Under the pieces are notes generated by a model. The model ran no database searches, was not told where the DNA came from, and saw only the letters and a list, made by a program, of their open reading frames with translations. DNA of 64,000 nucleotides from an uncultured Anaerolineales bacterium (GTDB lineage Bacteria; Chloroflexota; Anaerolineae; Anaerolineales; UBA11858). The stretch lies in assembly GCA_964603385.1 (NCBI GenBank), contig CAZRUS010000001.1:12187-76186 (forward strand). Reading direction: 5' to 3'. Position numbers and translations under genes: made by a program. Below, in pieces: positions 18,503-27,862 of the stretch (positions within the stretch are counted from its first letter, which is position 1; each line of letters opens with the position of its first letter).

Positions 18503-19860
18503 CAGCTTTGAGGCTTTTTTTTTTCTTCTACCGGCTGCAGATGGGATCGTTCCCTCATAAGCGTGATGATCTCATCTAATGTGCGCATTTCTCCCAGGAG
18601 GTCTCCATCCACCGGAGGAAGGTCCGGGAAATGATCTTCTACCGCGCCGAGAATCTCCACCCGCTTGATGGAGTCGATTCCCAGGTCGGCTTCCATATCC
18701 ATTGATGTTTCCAGCATTTCCACAGGGTAGCCGGTTTTTTCGGCCACCGTTTCCAGCAGAAAGGCAGCGAGGTCCAAATTATCTGTCAAAGGCTCTTCCG
18801 CCTGTGGATCAACCTCCTCCGGCCCTGGAATTGGATCCGGCATCGGGGTTTCCGCCGGGGGTGTTTCCAGGTCCACTGGAGGGTCGGTCTCCAGCAGATT
18901 CTCCGCTGTTTTCAGGTAAACAATGATGTCTTCCAGGGTGCGGGATTCAGCCAGAATTTCTGTATCTGCAGGAGGAAGCTCCGGGTAGCGGTCTTCCAGC
19001 GCTCCCAGGATTTCGACTCTCTTGATGGAGTCAATACCCAGATCTGCTTCCATATCCATGGTCAGATCAAGCATTTCAGCCGGGTAGCCGGTTTTCTCAG
19101 CGACAATCTCCAGCAGGGAGCTGTTGATCTCTTCGAGATGGAAAGCTGATTGAAGAACGGGCGATGAAGTCATGAGCTGGGAACTGCGGACGGAAGACTG
19201 GATTTCCGGTCGGGGGGACTGCCCTGGTTGAAGAGGTTGCTCATCCACCTGATCAGCAGCGGAGGATGGGAGCGGAGATTCCAGAGCGGATGAAGGGGGG
19301 GGAAAGGAATCGGAGCCGGAAGACAGCTTGCTACCATCTAGCTGCTGGTACTGCTCTGTCAGCAAGGTCACGAAAGCGTGGGAATATTCCGCCTGATAGT
19401 GCAGGAACTGCTGATGAACCTCCAGTTCTTTTTCTTGCAGGCGATGAAAACCAGCCAGACTGTCCTGAATGACTTCCAGGGAATGGGCGCTGGCCGCGCC
19501 GCTGCCGTTTTCCAGCACCACTGCCTGCTGATCCAGAAGACCCTGGAAGATGCCCTGAAATTCTCTCAGCTGGGTCAGGTACTGCTGGTGGATATCCACT
19601 GTTCTCCGCTGATGATCAACGGCATGCTGGACACCCTGCTGAATGATTTCCAGCTGGGCACTGGGCTGCCTATCCGGCTTGCTGGGGAGAACGCTGGGCG
19701 GTAATGAGGACATCCTGGATCCATTTCCAGAGGATGTTTGCAGATATTTTGCCGGACTGGTCTGGATTTTGCGGCCGTCAGCCAGCGCTTCCTGAAATGC
19801 TCGCTTGCGTTCCGCAGGGGTGTAATTGCTGCCGTTGAGGGGAATCTGTAATTTAGCCAT
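18502..19860 (-). CDS. tandem acyl carrier protein (2 x ACP) with an N-terminal Q/H-rich domain of about 235 aa and unknown function
   Basis: Two copies of EADLGIDSIKRVEILGA (PUFA-synthase-type phosphopantetheine site) separated by a Pro/Glu-rich linker. The stop overlaps the next ATG (ATGA). Confidence 0.85.
   Translation of the reverse strand: MAKLQIPLNGSNYTPAERKRAFQEALADGRKIQTSPAKYLQTSSGNGSRMSSLPPSVLPSKPDRQPSAQLEIIQQGVQHAVDHQRRTVDIHQQYLTQLREFQGIFQGLLDQQAVVLENGSGAASAHSLEVIQDSLAGFHRLQEKELEVHQQFLHYQAEYSHAFVTLLTEQYQQLDGSKLSSGSDSFPPPSSALESPLPSSAADQVDEQPLQPGQSPRPEIQSSVRSSQLMTSSPVLQSAFHLEEINSSLLEIVAEKTGYPAEMLDLTMDMEADLGIDSIKRVEILGALEDRYPELPPADTEILAESRTLEDIIVYLKTAENLLETDPPVDLETPPAETPMPDPIPGPEEVDPQAEEPLTDNLDLAAFLLETVAEKTGYPVEMLETSMDMEADLGIDSIKRVEILGAVEDHFPDLPPVDGDLLGEMRTLDEIITLMRERSHLQPVEEKKKPQS
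18556..19125 (-). repeat. internal tandem duplication encoding ACP1 (about 18913-19125) and ACP2 (about 18556-18768)
   Basis: The two segments of about 210 nt align by eye at the DNA level (e.g. cttgatggagtc[g/a]at[t/a]ccca...gcttccatatccat...gggtagccggtttt). Confidence 0.7.
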
Positions 19861-19871
19861 AGCTGTACCCT

Positions 19872-22676
19872 TTATTTTGCATTCATGTAGATCTCAGGAG
19901 CGGGAGCAGTGGTTTTTGAGTAAGGATCAAAGCCGTTCAGTGGCAGACCGATCACCCGCAGTTTGGCGACTGCCTGCCGCAGCTGAAGGTCCGAGGACTT
20001 CTCCCTGCTGGGATTCAGAGAGACGGCATCATGGGGACGATCTGCCAGGATGTCCCTGACCAGGTTGCCCAGTACCTGTCGCGGTCCCACCTCCACAAAT
20101 ACCCGCACCCCGGATTGATAAAGCGCTTCTATCTGGGATTTGAAGATCACCGGATGGAGGATGTGTTGGGAGAGGATTTCCCTGACTGCAGTTTTATTTT
20201 CTGGGTAGGGCTTTCCCGTTGTGTTCGAAAATACCGGAATCGTTGCTGGATGAAAGTCTTCTTTGGCAACTGCAGCTGAGAAGGGTTGGGAGGCGTGTTC
20301 TACCAGCGGTGTGTGAAAGGCTGCAGAAACCGGCAGCCGGGTGAATTTAATTCCTTGACTGCTGAAATGATCCTCAGCCCGGGTGATGGAATCACTGGGG
20401 CCGGCCAGCACCATCTGGTCAGGCGAGTTCTCGTTGGCAATCACCAGATCAGGAAAACTGGATATTTCAGCTGCAATTAATGAATAGGGTGCTTTCACTG
20501 CAGCCATGGCGCCGGCATCAAAATCTGGGTTTTCCGGGGGACGCATGGCCTCTCCGCGGGCCTTGACAAGCCGGAGGAAAGCGGAATCATCCAGGACACC
20601 GGACGCCCAGAGAGCGGTTAATTCACCAAAGCTGTGACCAGCGGTAAAATCCGGCTGAAATCCTGCCTGCAGGAGGAGCTGATAAAGGCCGCAGCTGATC
20701 ACACCAATCGCAGCCTGGGCGTAATCGGTTTCCCGGAGAGATTTTTTCTGATTCAGCAGGGAGGTTTGAGTATAGGCCGGGGCAGGATATAAAACTTCTG
20801 AAAGAGGTTTCTGACCTGCCTCGGCAAACAGCAGATCCATGGCCTCGATCACTTCTCGCAGCGGGGGGAAATTGATTACTGCTTCCTGGAGCATTTGCAA
20901 GTACTGGGATCCCTGCCCGGGGAAGAGGGCGGCAATTTTTGCCTGGTTATCCAGACTCTGGGAACGGTAGGTAATTCCTCTGGGGTGATCCCACCCCGGG
21001 GAATCAGGATCTTTGTCCAGCAGCTCTGCCGCCGTTTCCAGATATGCTGCCGTTTCGGCTGCACTCCGGGCCACAAAGCCCACTCTGGGTTGATCAGCAG
21101 GCGGATTCCCCTGACGGCTCTTGTTGCACAACCTCTGGAAGGCACCTTCAGATCGGTCGTTTTTGAGCCCAGGGATCAGCTGCTGAATCTGCTCCCGCAT
21201 TGCTTTGGAGGTGGGAGCCGAGAGCAGGATGGTTTCTGCTGTCGGAGCCAGCCTGCTTCCAGGTCCTTGCGGATGGGGATTTTCTTCCAGGACAAGGTGA
21301 AAGTTGGTCCCTCCGAAACCGAAAGCACTGACCGCTGCCCTGCGGGGCTGCTGGTCAGTCCTGGAAAACCAGGGCCGGGCCTGATTATTGATATAGAAAA
21401 GGCTATCCTCGAGTTGCAAATCTTCCGCTGGCTGGGAAACGTTGATGGTGGGCGGCAGCACTTTTTGATCCAGCGCCAGAGCTGCTTTGATCATCCCGGC
21501 TGCGCCCGCGGCTGCCTTGGTGTGTCCGATCTGGGATTTGACCGAGCCAATTGCAATTGTTTGTCCTTTTCCGTTGGGAGGTCCAAAAACTGCGTTTAAT
21601 CCTGTGATTTCTGCTGGGTCCCCGGCTTTTGTACCCGTTCCGTGGGCTTCGATCAGACCGATGCTTCTGGGATCGATATCGGCATCCCGGTAAGCTCGCT
21701 GGACAGCCAGCGATTGTCCGGCGGGCCTGGGAGCATAAATGCTTTTGAATTTGCCATCGCTCGAGCTGCCAATCCCGCGGATAACTGCATAGATATGATC
21801 GCCATCCCGTTTGGCATCCTCCAGGCGCTTCAGGATCACCATGCCGAGTCCCTCCCCTATCAGCATGCCGTCCGATGATTGATCAAAAGGGCGGATTTCC
21901 TGGGAGGGGGAAAAGGCAGGTGTTTTGCTGAAACATAAGTACGTGAATGGGGAGTTGTCGGTGTCCACCCCGCCGGTGATCATCAGATCCGCCCGGCCTT
22001 CCAGCAGTTCCGACAGGGCCATTTTTACCGCCGCCAGACTGCTGGCACACGCAGCATCGACTACTGCGTTGATTCCACCCAGATCCAACCGGTTGGCGAT
22101 CCGACCGGCGATCACGTTCCCCAGCAGACCAGGAAAGGAGTTTTCATTCCAGGGGGCATAGGCAAGTTTGATCTTTTCGATAATCATCTCCGTGTCTTCT
22201 GTGGAAAGACCGCTGCTAATCAGCACCCTTCTCCAGATTGGATACTGCAGGCGTGCGCTGAGATCAGAGATCAGCTTTTGTCCTCCGGCAACACCAAGCA
22301 CCACACCAGTCCGGGAGCGGTCAAATTCCCGTTCCGCTCCATACCCGGCATCCTCCATGGCGTCACGGGCAACAACCAGACCCAGCAGCTGCGAGGAATC
22401 GGTCACCTCAAGCAGATTGGGCGGCAAACCGAACTCCAGCGGATCAAAATCAATATCCGGGATAAATCCCCCTCGTTTGCAGTAGGTTTTATCCTCTGCT
22501 TGAGGATCGGGATGGTAATAATCATTCACCCTCCAGCGGTCCTCTGGGACATCGGTGATGCAGTCAATCTTGTTAATTATGTTTTCCCAGTATGACCGTA
22601 GATCAGGAGATCGGGCAAAAACCGCAGCCTGACCAATTACCGCAACAGGAGTTTTTTGTAAAGAACCGGGGTTCAT
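19872..22676 (-). CDS. pfaA: beta-ketoacyl synthase + malonyl-CoA:ACP acyltransferase (PfaA N-terminal equivalent)
   Basis: KS motifs VDAACASSLAAV, EAHGTGT and GSVKSQIGHTKAAAG. The AT has GHSFGELTALWASG. 934 aa. Confidence 0.9.
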   Translation of the reverse strand: MNPGSLQKTPVAVIGQAAVFARSPDLRSYWENIINKIDCITDVPEDRWRVNDYYHPDPQAEDKTYCKRGGFIPDIDFDPLEFGLPPNLLEVTDSSQLLGLVVARDAMEDAGYGAEREFDRSRTGVVLGVAGGQKLISDLSARLQYPIWRRVLISSGLSTEDTEMIIEKIKLAYAPWNENSFPGLLGNVIAGRIANRLDLGGINAVVDAACASSLAAVKMALSELLEGRADLMITGGVDTDNSPFTYLCFSKTPAFSPSQEIRPFDQSSDGMLIGEGLGMVILKRLEDAKRDGDHIYAVIRGIGSSSDGKFKSIYAPRPAGQSLAVQRAYRDADIDPRSIGLIEAHGTGTKAGDPAEITGLNAVFGPPNGKGQTIAIGSVKSQIGHTKAAAGAAGMIKAALALDQKVLPPTINVSQPAEDLQLEDSLFYINNQARPWFSRTDQQPRRAAVSAFGFGGTNFHLVLEENPHPQGPGSRLAPTAETILLSAPTSKAMREQIQQLIPGLKNDRSEGAFQRLCNKSRQGNPPADQPRVGFVARSAAETAAYLETAAELLDKDPDSPGWDHPRGITYRSQSLDNQAKIAALFPGQGSQYLQMLQEAVINFPPLREVIEAMDLLFAEAGQKPLSEVLYPAPAYTQTSLLNQKKSLRETDYAQAAIGVISCGLYQLLLQAGFQPDFTAGHSFGELTALWASGVLDDSAFLRLVKARGEAMRPPENPDFDAGAMAAVKAPYSLIAAEISSFPDLVIANENSPDQMVLAGPSDSITRAEDHFSSQGIKFTRLPVSAAFHTPLVEHASQPFSAAVAKEDFHPATIPVFSNTTGKPYPENKTAVREILSQHILHPVIFKSQIEALYQSGVRVFVEVGPRQVLGNLVRDILADRPHDAVSLNPSREKSSDLQLRQAVAKLRVIGLPLNGFDPYSKTTAPAPEIYMNAK

Positions 22677-22723
22677 GATGGATTTACTCCGTCAATATCA
22701 GGGACAAATTAACTGGGGTGGAC

Positions 22724-23296
22724 TCAGCGGATTGATCTGGGTTTGAATTTTCCAGATCCGGACAGAAATACTGCGGCGGCGGTCAGTTTCAAAAGGTCCC
22801 CAATCAAGAAAGGGTAGAGGCCCAGATGCAGGATTCTTTCAATGCCGACAAATTCAGTCAGCCAGGCCAGACCGCTGAGATAAATCACAGCGCTCCCGAT
22901 CAGAAGAGCCAGCACCGCCTTGAGAAAGGATTGATCCCAGCCATAATCAATCAGGTAACCAACTGTAAACGCTGCGGCTGCAAATCCCAACAAATAGCCC
23001 CCTGTCGGTCCAAGAAGGACCGCCAGGCCAGCTTTTCCCCCGGCGAAGACCGGCAAACCAGCCGCACCTTGAAAGAGGTACAAACTGACTGCGGCCAGTC
23101 CGCGGTGCTTTCCCAGCAAGGCTGCCGAGAGCAGCACAGCCAGGGTTTGTAACGTGACCGGGACCGGGCTGAAGGGCAGGATCAGGGACACCTGGGCGCT
23201 GAGGGCAATCAGCAGCGAAGCGGTAAATACTAATCCCACGTTGTAGGCCCAGGCTGGCAGGGTTTTGGCTGGTTGAAAGATATCAGCGTAGCTCAT
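22724..23296 (-). CDS. bioY: biotin transporter BioY
   Basis: 190-aa polytopic protein with BioY-like content (LQTLAVLLSAALLG...GGYLLGF). Its ATG overlaps the BCCP stop (ATGA). Confidence 0.8.
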   Translation of the reverse strand: MSYADIFQPAKTLPAWAYNVGLVFTASLLIALSAQVSLILPFSPVPVTLQTLAVLLSAALLGKHRGLAAVSLYLFQGAAGLPVFAGGKAGLAVLLGPTGGYLLGFAAAAFTVGYLIDYGWDQSFLKAVLALLIGSAVIYLSGLAWLTEFVGIERILHLGLYPFLIGDLLKLTAAAVFLSGSGKFKPRSIR

Positions 23297-23811
23297 CAGC
23301 TACCTCCTTCTTCGTGTGATCCGGGATCGGGGTGGACTGTGATCAGGGGTTTGCCTTTCTCCACTTCAGCACCAACCTGCGTGTGAACATTTTTGATCGT
23401 TCCAGAGACAGCGGTGCGCACTTTCATCTGCATCTTCATGGCTTCCTGGATTAAAACTGGCTCCCCTTTGAGCACATGATCTCCTGGCTTGACGAGTACC
23501 TCGACAATCAGGCCGGGCATGGGGGAGATGATCTCTCCGGTATTCTCGGCTTTTTTGCGCTTGCTGCTTTGAAGTCCCAGATCTACTTCGGCGCAAAGAT
23601 GCTTGCCGTTAATCTGCACCTGATAACTGCTGGCAGAGACCGGTTCCAGGTAAGTTTCCACGTTACGGTTGGGGTGCCTGAGCAGATGGAGACCGTTGCC
23701 GTTAAGCGATTCCAGATTAATCTGATAACGATCGCCGTTAATTTTCAGCTGACTCTGGCCCACGGATACCTGGTAGATGTGCTCTCCCACATAAACTCGA
23801 TAATTGACCAT
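23296..23811 (-). CDS. biotin carboxyl carrier (BT-like + biotinyl domain) subunit of an acyl-CoA carboxylase
   Basis: The C-terminal SPMPG...VLIQEAMKMQMKV carries the EAMKM biotinylation motif. Confidence 0.8.
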   Translation of the reverse strand: MVNYRVYVGEHIYQVSVGQSQLKINGDRYQINLESLNGNGLHLLRHPNRNVETYLEPVSASSYQVQINGKHLCAEVDLGLQSSKRKKAENTGEIISPMPGLIVEVLVKPGDHVLKGEPVLIQEAMKMQMKVRTAVSGTIKNVHTQVGAEVEKGKPLITVHPDPGSHEEGGS

Positions 23812-23844
23812 GTTCTCCTCGCTGCTGATAAAGTTTGCTTCCTT

Positions 23845-25329
23845 TCAGCCCGAAATCTGCTCCCGCCAGGCCTGTTCACGCCAGGGGCTGAGGGTGGAGG
23901 GGGTATTCTGGCCGACTGGAAGGCGTCGGCGGTGAAGGTGGAGCGCTGCAGCCATGGCGGCATCCCGGGCGATGCGCTCTTCCAGCGGGCTTTGAGATTG
24001 AAATCCATCCAGCAGCGCCGTGTGGATCTCGCCGGTCTGGTATGGATGAGACTTCAGGATCCGCAAAGTAAAATCCAGATTGGTTTGCAAACCGCCGGTT
24101 TGCAGCTCCATCAGAGCCCGCTGCAGCCGGGAAATCGCCTGCTGACGACCCCTTCCCCAGGCGATTACCTTGGCGATCAGGGAATCGTAATTGACAGCGA
24201 TTTCCATCCCCTGATAAAGAGCGCTGTCCACCCGGATACCGGGTCCCCCTGGTTCTTTCAAGTAAGAAATTGTTCCACTGGTAGGGAGGAAATTTTCCTC
24301 TGGATTTTCGGAAAGAATTCGGGCTTCTATGGCTGCGCCGCTGCTGTTGATATCCGCTTGCTGGAGGGAGAGGGATCCGGTCAAAGCCAGCTGAATCTGC
24401 TCACGTATGAGATCGATCCCGGTGATCATTTCGGTGACCGGATGCTCCACCTGGATGCGGGGATTGACTTCTATGAAATAAAACTGCCGCTGGGCATCCC
24501 GCAAAAATTCCACCGTTCCCAGGCTGCGGTATTTCAGCTGGCGGCCGAGGTTGACTGCTGCCCTGACCAGGCATTGCCTTTCTTCAGAGTGCAGGTCCGG
24601 AGCCGGAGCCTCTTCAATTAATTTTTGATGCCGGCGTTGTATGGAGCATTCCCGCTCACCGAGAACCAGGACTTTTCCTTTGCCATCCCCTAAGATCTGA
24701 ATCTCAATATGTCGGGCGAGCTGAACAAGCGGTTCCAGATAGATAGTTTCATCACCGAATGCCCCTTTCGCCTCAGCTCGAGCGAGCTCGATTTCTCCTT
24801 CCAGTTCTTCCTCACATCGGGCCAGGCGGATACCTTTCCCCCCGCCACCCGCAGCAGCTTTGACCAGCAGCGGAAAGGTAAGTTCATCCGGAAGCTGATC
24901 GATTGAGAATTTATCCTGAAGCGGTTGGTCCGGGCCAGGCAGCACCGGAAGTCCGGCATCCCGGGCAGCCCTGCGGGCAGAAATTTTGTCACCGAGAACC
25001 TGCATGGTCTCGGACCGGGGACCAATAAAGATCATCCCGGCCCCCTCAACGGCCTGACAGAAGAGGGGGTTTTCTGAGAGAAAACCGTATCCGGGGTGGA
25101 CTGCTGTAGCGCGGGTCTTTCTGGCCGCCTGGAGGACAGCTTCAATATTCAGATAGCTCTGGGCAGCGCTGGTGGGGCCGATCAGCACAGCCTCATCGGC
25201 ATAGCGGGTATGCAAGGCACTGCGATCAGCCTCGGAGTAGACAGCGACGGTGGCCAGGCCCATCTCCCGGCAGGTACGGATGATGCGAACGGCAATTTCT
25301 CCACGATTGGCAATCAGCACTTTTTCCAT
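23845..25329 (-). CDS. accC: biotin carboxylase subunit
   Basis: MEKVLIANRGEIAVRIIRTCREMG..., ATP-grasp GGGGKGIR, and EVNPRIQVEHPVTE. Confidence 0.9.
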   Translation of the reverse strand: MEKVLIANRGEIAVRIIRTCREMGLATVAVYSEADRSALHTRYADEAVLIGPTSAAQSYLNIEAVLQAARKTRATAVHPGYGFLSENPLFCQAVEGAGMIFIGPRSETMQVLGDKISARRAARDAGLPVLPGPDQPLQDKFSIDQLPDELTFPLLVKAAAGGGGKGIRLARCEEELEGEIELARAEAKGAFGDETIYLEPLVQLARHIEIQILGDGKGKVLVLGERECSIQRRHQKLIEEAPAPDLHSEERQCLVRAAVNLGRQLKYRSLGTVEFLRDAQRQFYFIEVNPRIQVEHPVTEMITGIDLIREQIQLALTGSLSLQQADINSSGAAIEARILSENPEENFLPTSGTISYLKEPGGPGIRVDSALYQGMEIAVNYDSLIAKVIAWGRGRQQAISRLQRALMELQTGGLQTNLDFTLRILKSHPYQTGEIHTALLDGFQSQSPLEERIARDAAMAAALHLHRRRLPVGQNTPSTLSPWREQAWREQISG

Positions 25330-25336
25330 AGGTTTT

Positions 25337-26881
25337 TTAGAGGGGGATGTTTCCGTGTTTTCGCTTGGGGGTTTGCTGACGTTTTTCCTGCAGCATTTCC
25401 AGTCCCAGGATCAGCTGCTGCCGGGATTCTTCTGGCTTGATGAGATCATCCAAGTAGCCCTCAGCGGCTGCCAGCAAGGGAGAAGCCATCTCATCGCGGT
25501 AATCCGCAGCCAGCTTGTCCTGCATCTGATCCGGGTCCTGTGCTTCTTGAAGCTGGCGTCGGTGGAGGATTTTCACTGCACCTTCCGGCCCCATGACGGC
25601 GATTTCACTGCGCAGCCAGGCAAGGTTAAAATCACCGGAAAGATGCTTCGAGCCCATCACAATATAGGCTCCTCCATAGGCTTTACGGAGGATCAAAGTA
25701 ATCTTGGGAACCGTGGCTTCCGCGTAGGCAAAAATCATCTTCGCCCCGTGGCGGATGATGCCATTATGCTCCTGCTCGACACCGGGCAGGAAGCCCGGGG
25801 TATCCACCAGAGTGAGGATGGGAATGTGGAAGGCATCGCAGAAGCGGATGAAGCGGGCAGCTTTATCCGAGGCGTTGATATCAATCACCCCGGCAAGGTG
25901 GTCCGGTTGATTGGCGACCAGGCCTACCGACTGTCCCCCCAGCCGGGCAAAGCCGACCACCATGTTTTTCGCATAGCCATTGTGGATCTCTAAAAACTCT
26001 CCCCGATCCACAAGTTCTTGGATGACCAGGTGGATGTCATAGGGTTCCCAGGAGGAATGGGGAACCAGATCGGCCAGCTGCGGACATCTTCCCGGGAGAT
26101 CATCAGCGGGCAGCCGGGGAGCAGGGGAAAGGTTGTTGGATGGAAGGAAGGAAAGCAGGTTTCGAACCTGATTGAAGATCTCCTCCTCACTGGCTGCCTT
26201 GAAATGGGCCACACCGCTCTGTGTGGCCTGCGCTTCAGCGCCGCCCAGGGATTCCAGATCAATTTCCTCGTGGGTCACCTCCCGGATCACATCAGGACCG
26301 GTGATGAACATTTGGGCCGTGTCTTCCACCATAAAAACAAAATCTGTAATGGCCGGAGAATAAACCGCCCCGCCCGCACAGGGACCGAGGATAATGGACA
26401 GCTGGGGAACCACACCCGAAGCCTGGACATTCTGATAGAAAATATCCCCATAAGCCGCCAGCGACTTGACACCTTCCTGAATGCGGGCTCCGCCGGAGTC
26501 ATTTAATCCGATAATTGGAGCACCATTCTGGATGGCCAGCTCCATGATCCGGGATATTTTTCGTCCCTGGATCGACCCCACTGATCCACCCATAACTGTG
26601 AAATCCTGAGCAAAGAGGTACACCGGTCTGCCGTTAATTTCAGCCTGTCCGGTGGCTACGCCACCCCCGGGATTGTTTTTTCTGCTGTCAGCAGAGGAGT
26701 TGTGAACGACGCCTGCAAAGAGGCCAATTTCCTGAAAGCTGCCGGGATCAACCAGGGCAGCAATCCGCTCTCTGGCGGTCAGTTTTCCCTTATTGTGCTG
26801 CCGGGTGATCCGGGATGCCCCCCCTCCCTGCTGGGCGGATTTCCTCAACTCATCCAAACCTGCGTCATGCAGAGAACTCAT
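25337..26881 (-). CDS. acyl-CoA carboxylase carboxyltransferase (PccB/AccD5-type beta subunit)
   Basis: 514 aa. GKLTARERI..L.D.GSF.E, AQDFTVMGGSVG, and the typical C-terminal half (FCDAFHIPILTLVDTPGF). Acyl-CoA specificity cannot be read from the sequence. Confidence 0.9.
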   Translation of the reverse strand: MSSLHDAGLDELRKSAQQGGGASRITRQHNKGKLTARERIAALVDPGSFQEIGLFAGVVHNSSADSRKNNPGGGVATGQAEINGRPVYLFAQDFTVMGGSVGSIQGRKISRIMELAIQNGAPIIGLNDSGGARIQEGVKSLAAYGDIFYQNVQASGVVPQLSIILGPCAGGAVYSPAITDFVFMVEDTAQMFITGPDVIREVTHEEIDLESLGGAEAQATQSGVAHFKAASEEEIFNQVRNLLSFLPSNNLSPAPRLPADDLPGRCPQLADLVPHSSWEPYDIHLVIQELVDRGEFLEIHNGYAKNMVVGFARLGGQSVGLVANQPDHLAGVIDINASDKAARFIRFCDAFHIPILTLVDTPGFLPGVEQEHNGIIRHGAKMIFAYAEATVPKITLILRKAYGGAYIVMGSKHLSGDFNLAWLRSEIAVMGPEGAVKILHRRQLQEAQDPDQMQDKLAADYRDEMASPLLAAAEGYLDDLIKPEESRQQLILGLEMLQEKRQQTPKRKHGNIPL

Positions 26882-27100
26882 CTAGACTCCTGGAAGTTTC
26901 TGGATTTTCACCGGGTAATCGGCTGGTATAACACAGGGGACCGGGATTTGTTACGTTTTCTTAACCTTGTGTTAACATGCTCAGGTGGCTTCTATGTGGG
27001 GATGAAACAGCGTAGAATAGAAAGAGTTACGGTTTTTCCCGGAGTTAGGGATCATTTTTTTTTGAGAGTGGAAAAATTTTTACAGTTTGGGAAGGTGAGC

Positions 27101-27862
27101 ATGAGGAATAATCGCTGGTTCCGGATCTTTTTTAGTGTCATGCTGGCTGTAATCATGGTTGGGGCAGCAGGCTTTCTGATCTGGGCTTTGAATCCCCCGG
27201 CGATAGAGCCGGAAGCCCAAACCGCCCTTGAGTCTCTGGACACCAGCCGGCTGGAACGGGGGAAGGGGCTGGTCTTTTCTCCGCCCGAAGGGATCTCCAG
27301 GGTCGGTTTGATCCTCTACCCCGGCGGGCGGGTCCAGCCCGAAGCCTACGCCCCCTTGGCAGAGGCTATCGCGGACCGTGGGTATCTGACAATCATCCCC
27401 CGGATGAGGCTAAACCTGGCCGTGCTAGAAATTCAGGCGGCTGATGAGGTTCTGGCTGCCTATCCGGAAGTGGATCGCTGGGTGATCGGCGGTCATTCCC
27501 TGGGCGGCGCCATGGCGGCTGAATATGCCGCGGATCAACCGGAGAATGTTCAGGGGTTGGTTCTCTATGCCGCCTATCCTGCCGATAGCACGGATTTATC
27601 GGAACGCGATCTGGAGGTGCTTTCCATCTATGGCACCCGGGATGGGCTGGCTTCGATGGAGGAGGTACTCGCCTCGGCGGATCGTCTGCCTGAGGACACG
27701 GTCTGGGTGGAGATTAAAGGGGGGAATCATGCCGGGTTTGGCTGGTACGGACCTCAACGGGGGGATTTCCCGGCCACCATCCCAAAAGGGGAACAGCAAC
27801 TTCAGATTTTGGAGGCAACAGCGGATTTTTTATCGCACCTGGGAGGGCAAAATGGGCACTAA
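27101..27862 (+). CDS. membrane-anchored alpha/beta hydrolase
   Basis: N-terminal TM helix and GGHSLGGAMAAEYA nucleophile elbow. Start trimmed to ATG 27101, because the longer track ORF overlaps the carboxyltransferase gene. Confidence 0.65.
   Translation: MRNNRWFRIFFSVMLAVIMVGAAGFLIWALNPPAIEPEAQTALESLDTSRLERGKGLVFSPPEGISRVGLILYPGGRVQPEAYAPLAEAIADRGYLTIIPRMRLNLAVLEIQAADEVLAAYPEVDRWVIGGHSLGGAMAAEYAADQPENVQGLVLYAAYPADSTDLSERDLEVLSIYGTRDGLASMEEVLASADRLPEDTVWVEIKGGNHAGFGWYGPQRGDFPATIPKGEQQLQILEATADFLSHLGGQNGH

Noticed and set aside
23476-24621. 381-aa plus-strand ORF
   Set aside because: It is antisense to the biotin carboxylase/BCCP genes and has no motifs.
26702-27100. N-terminal extension of the alpha/beta-hydrolase ORF (track start 26702)
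   Set aside because: It overlaps the carboxyltransferase gene by 180 nt on the opposite strand. The signal-anchor sequence begins at ATG 27101.
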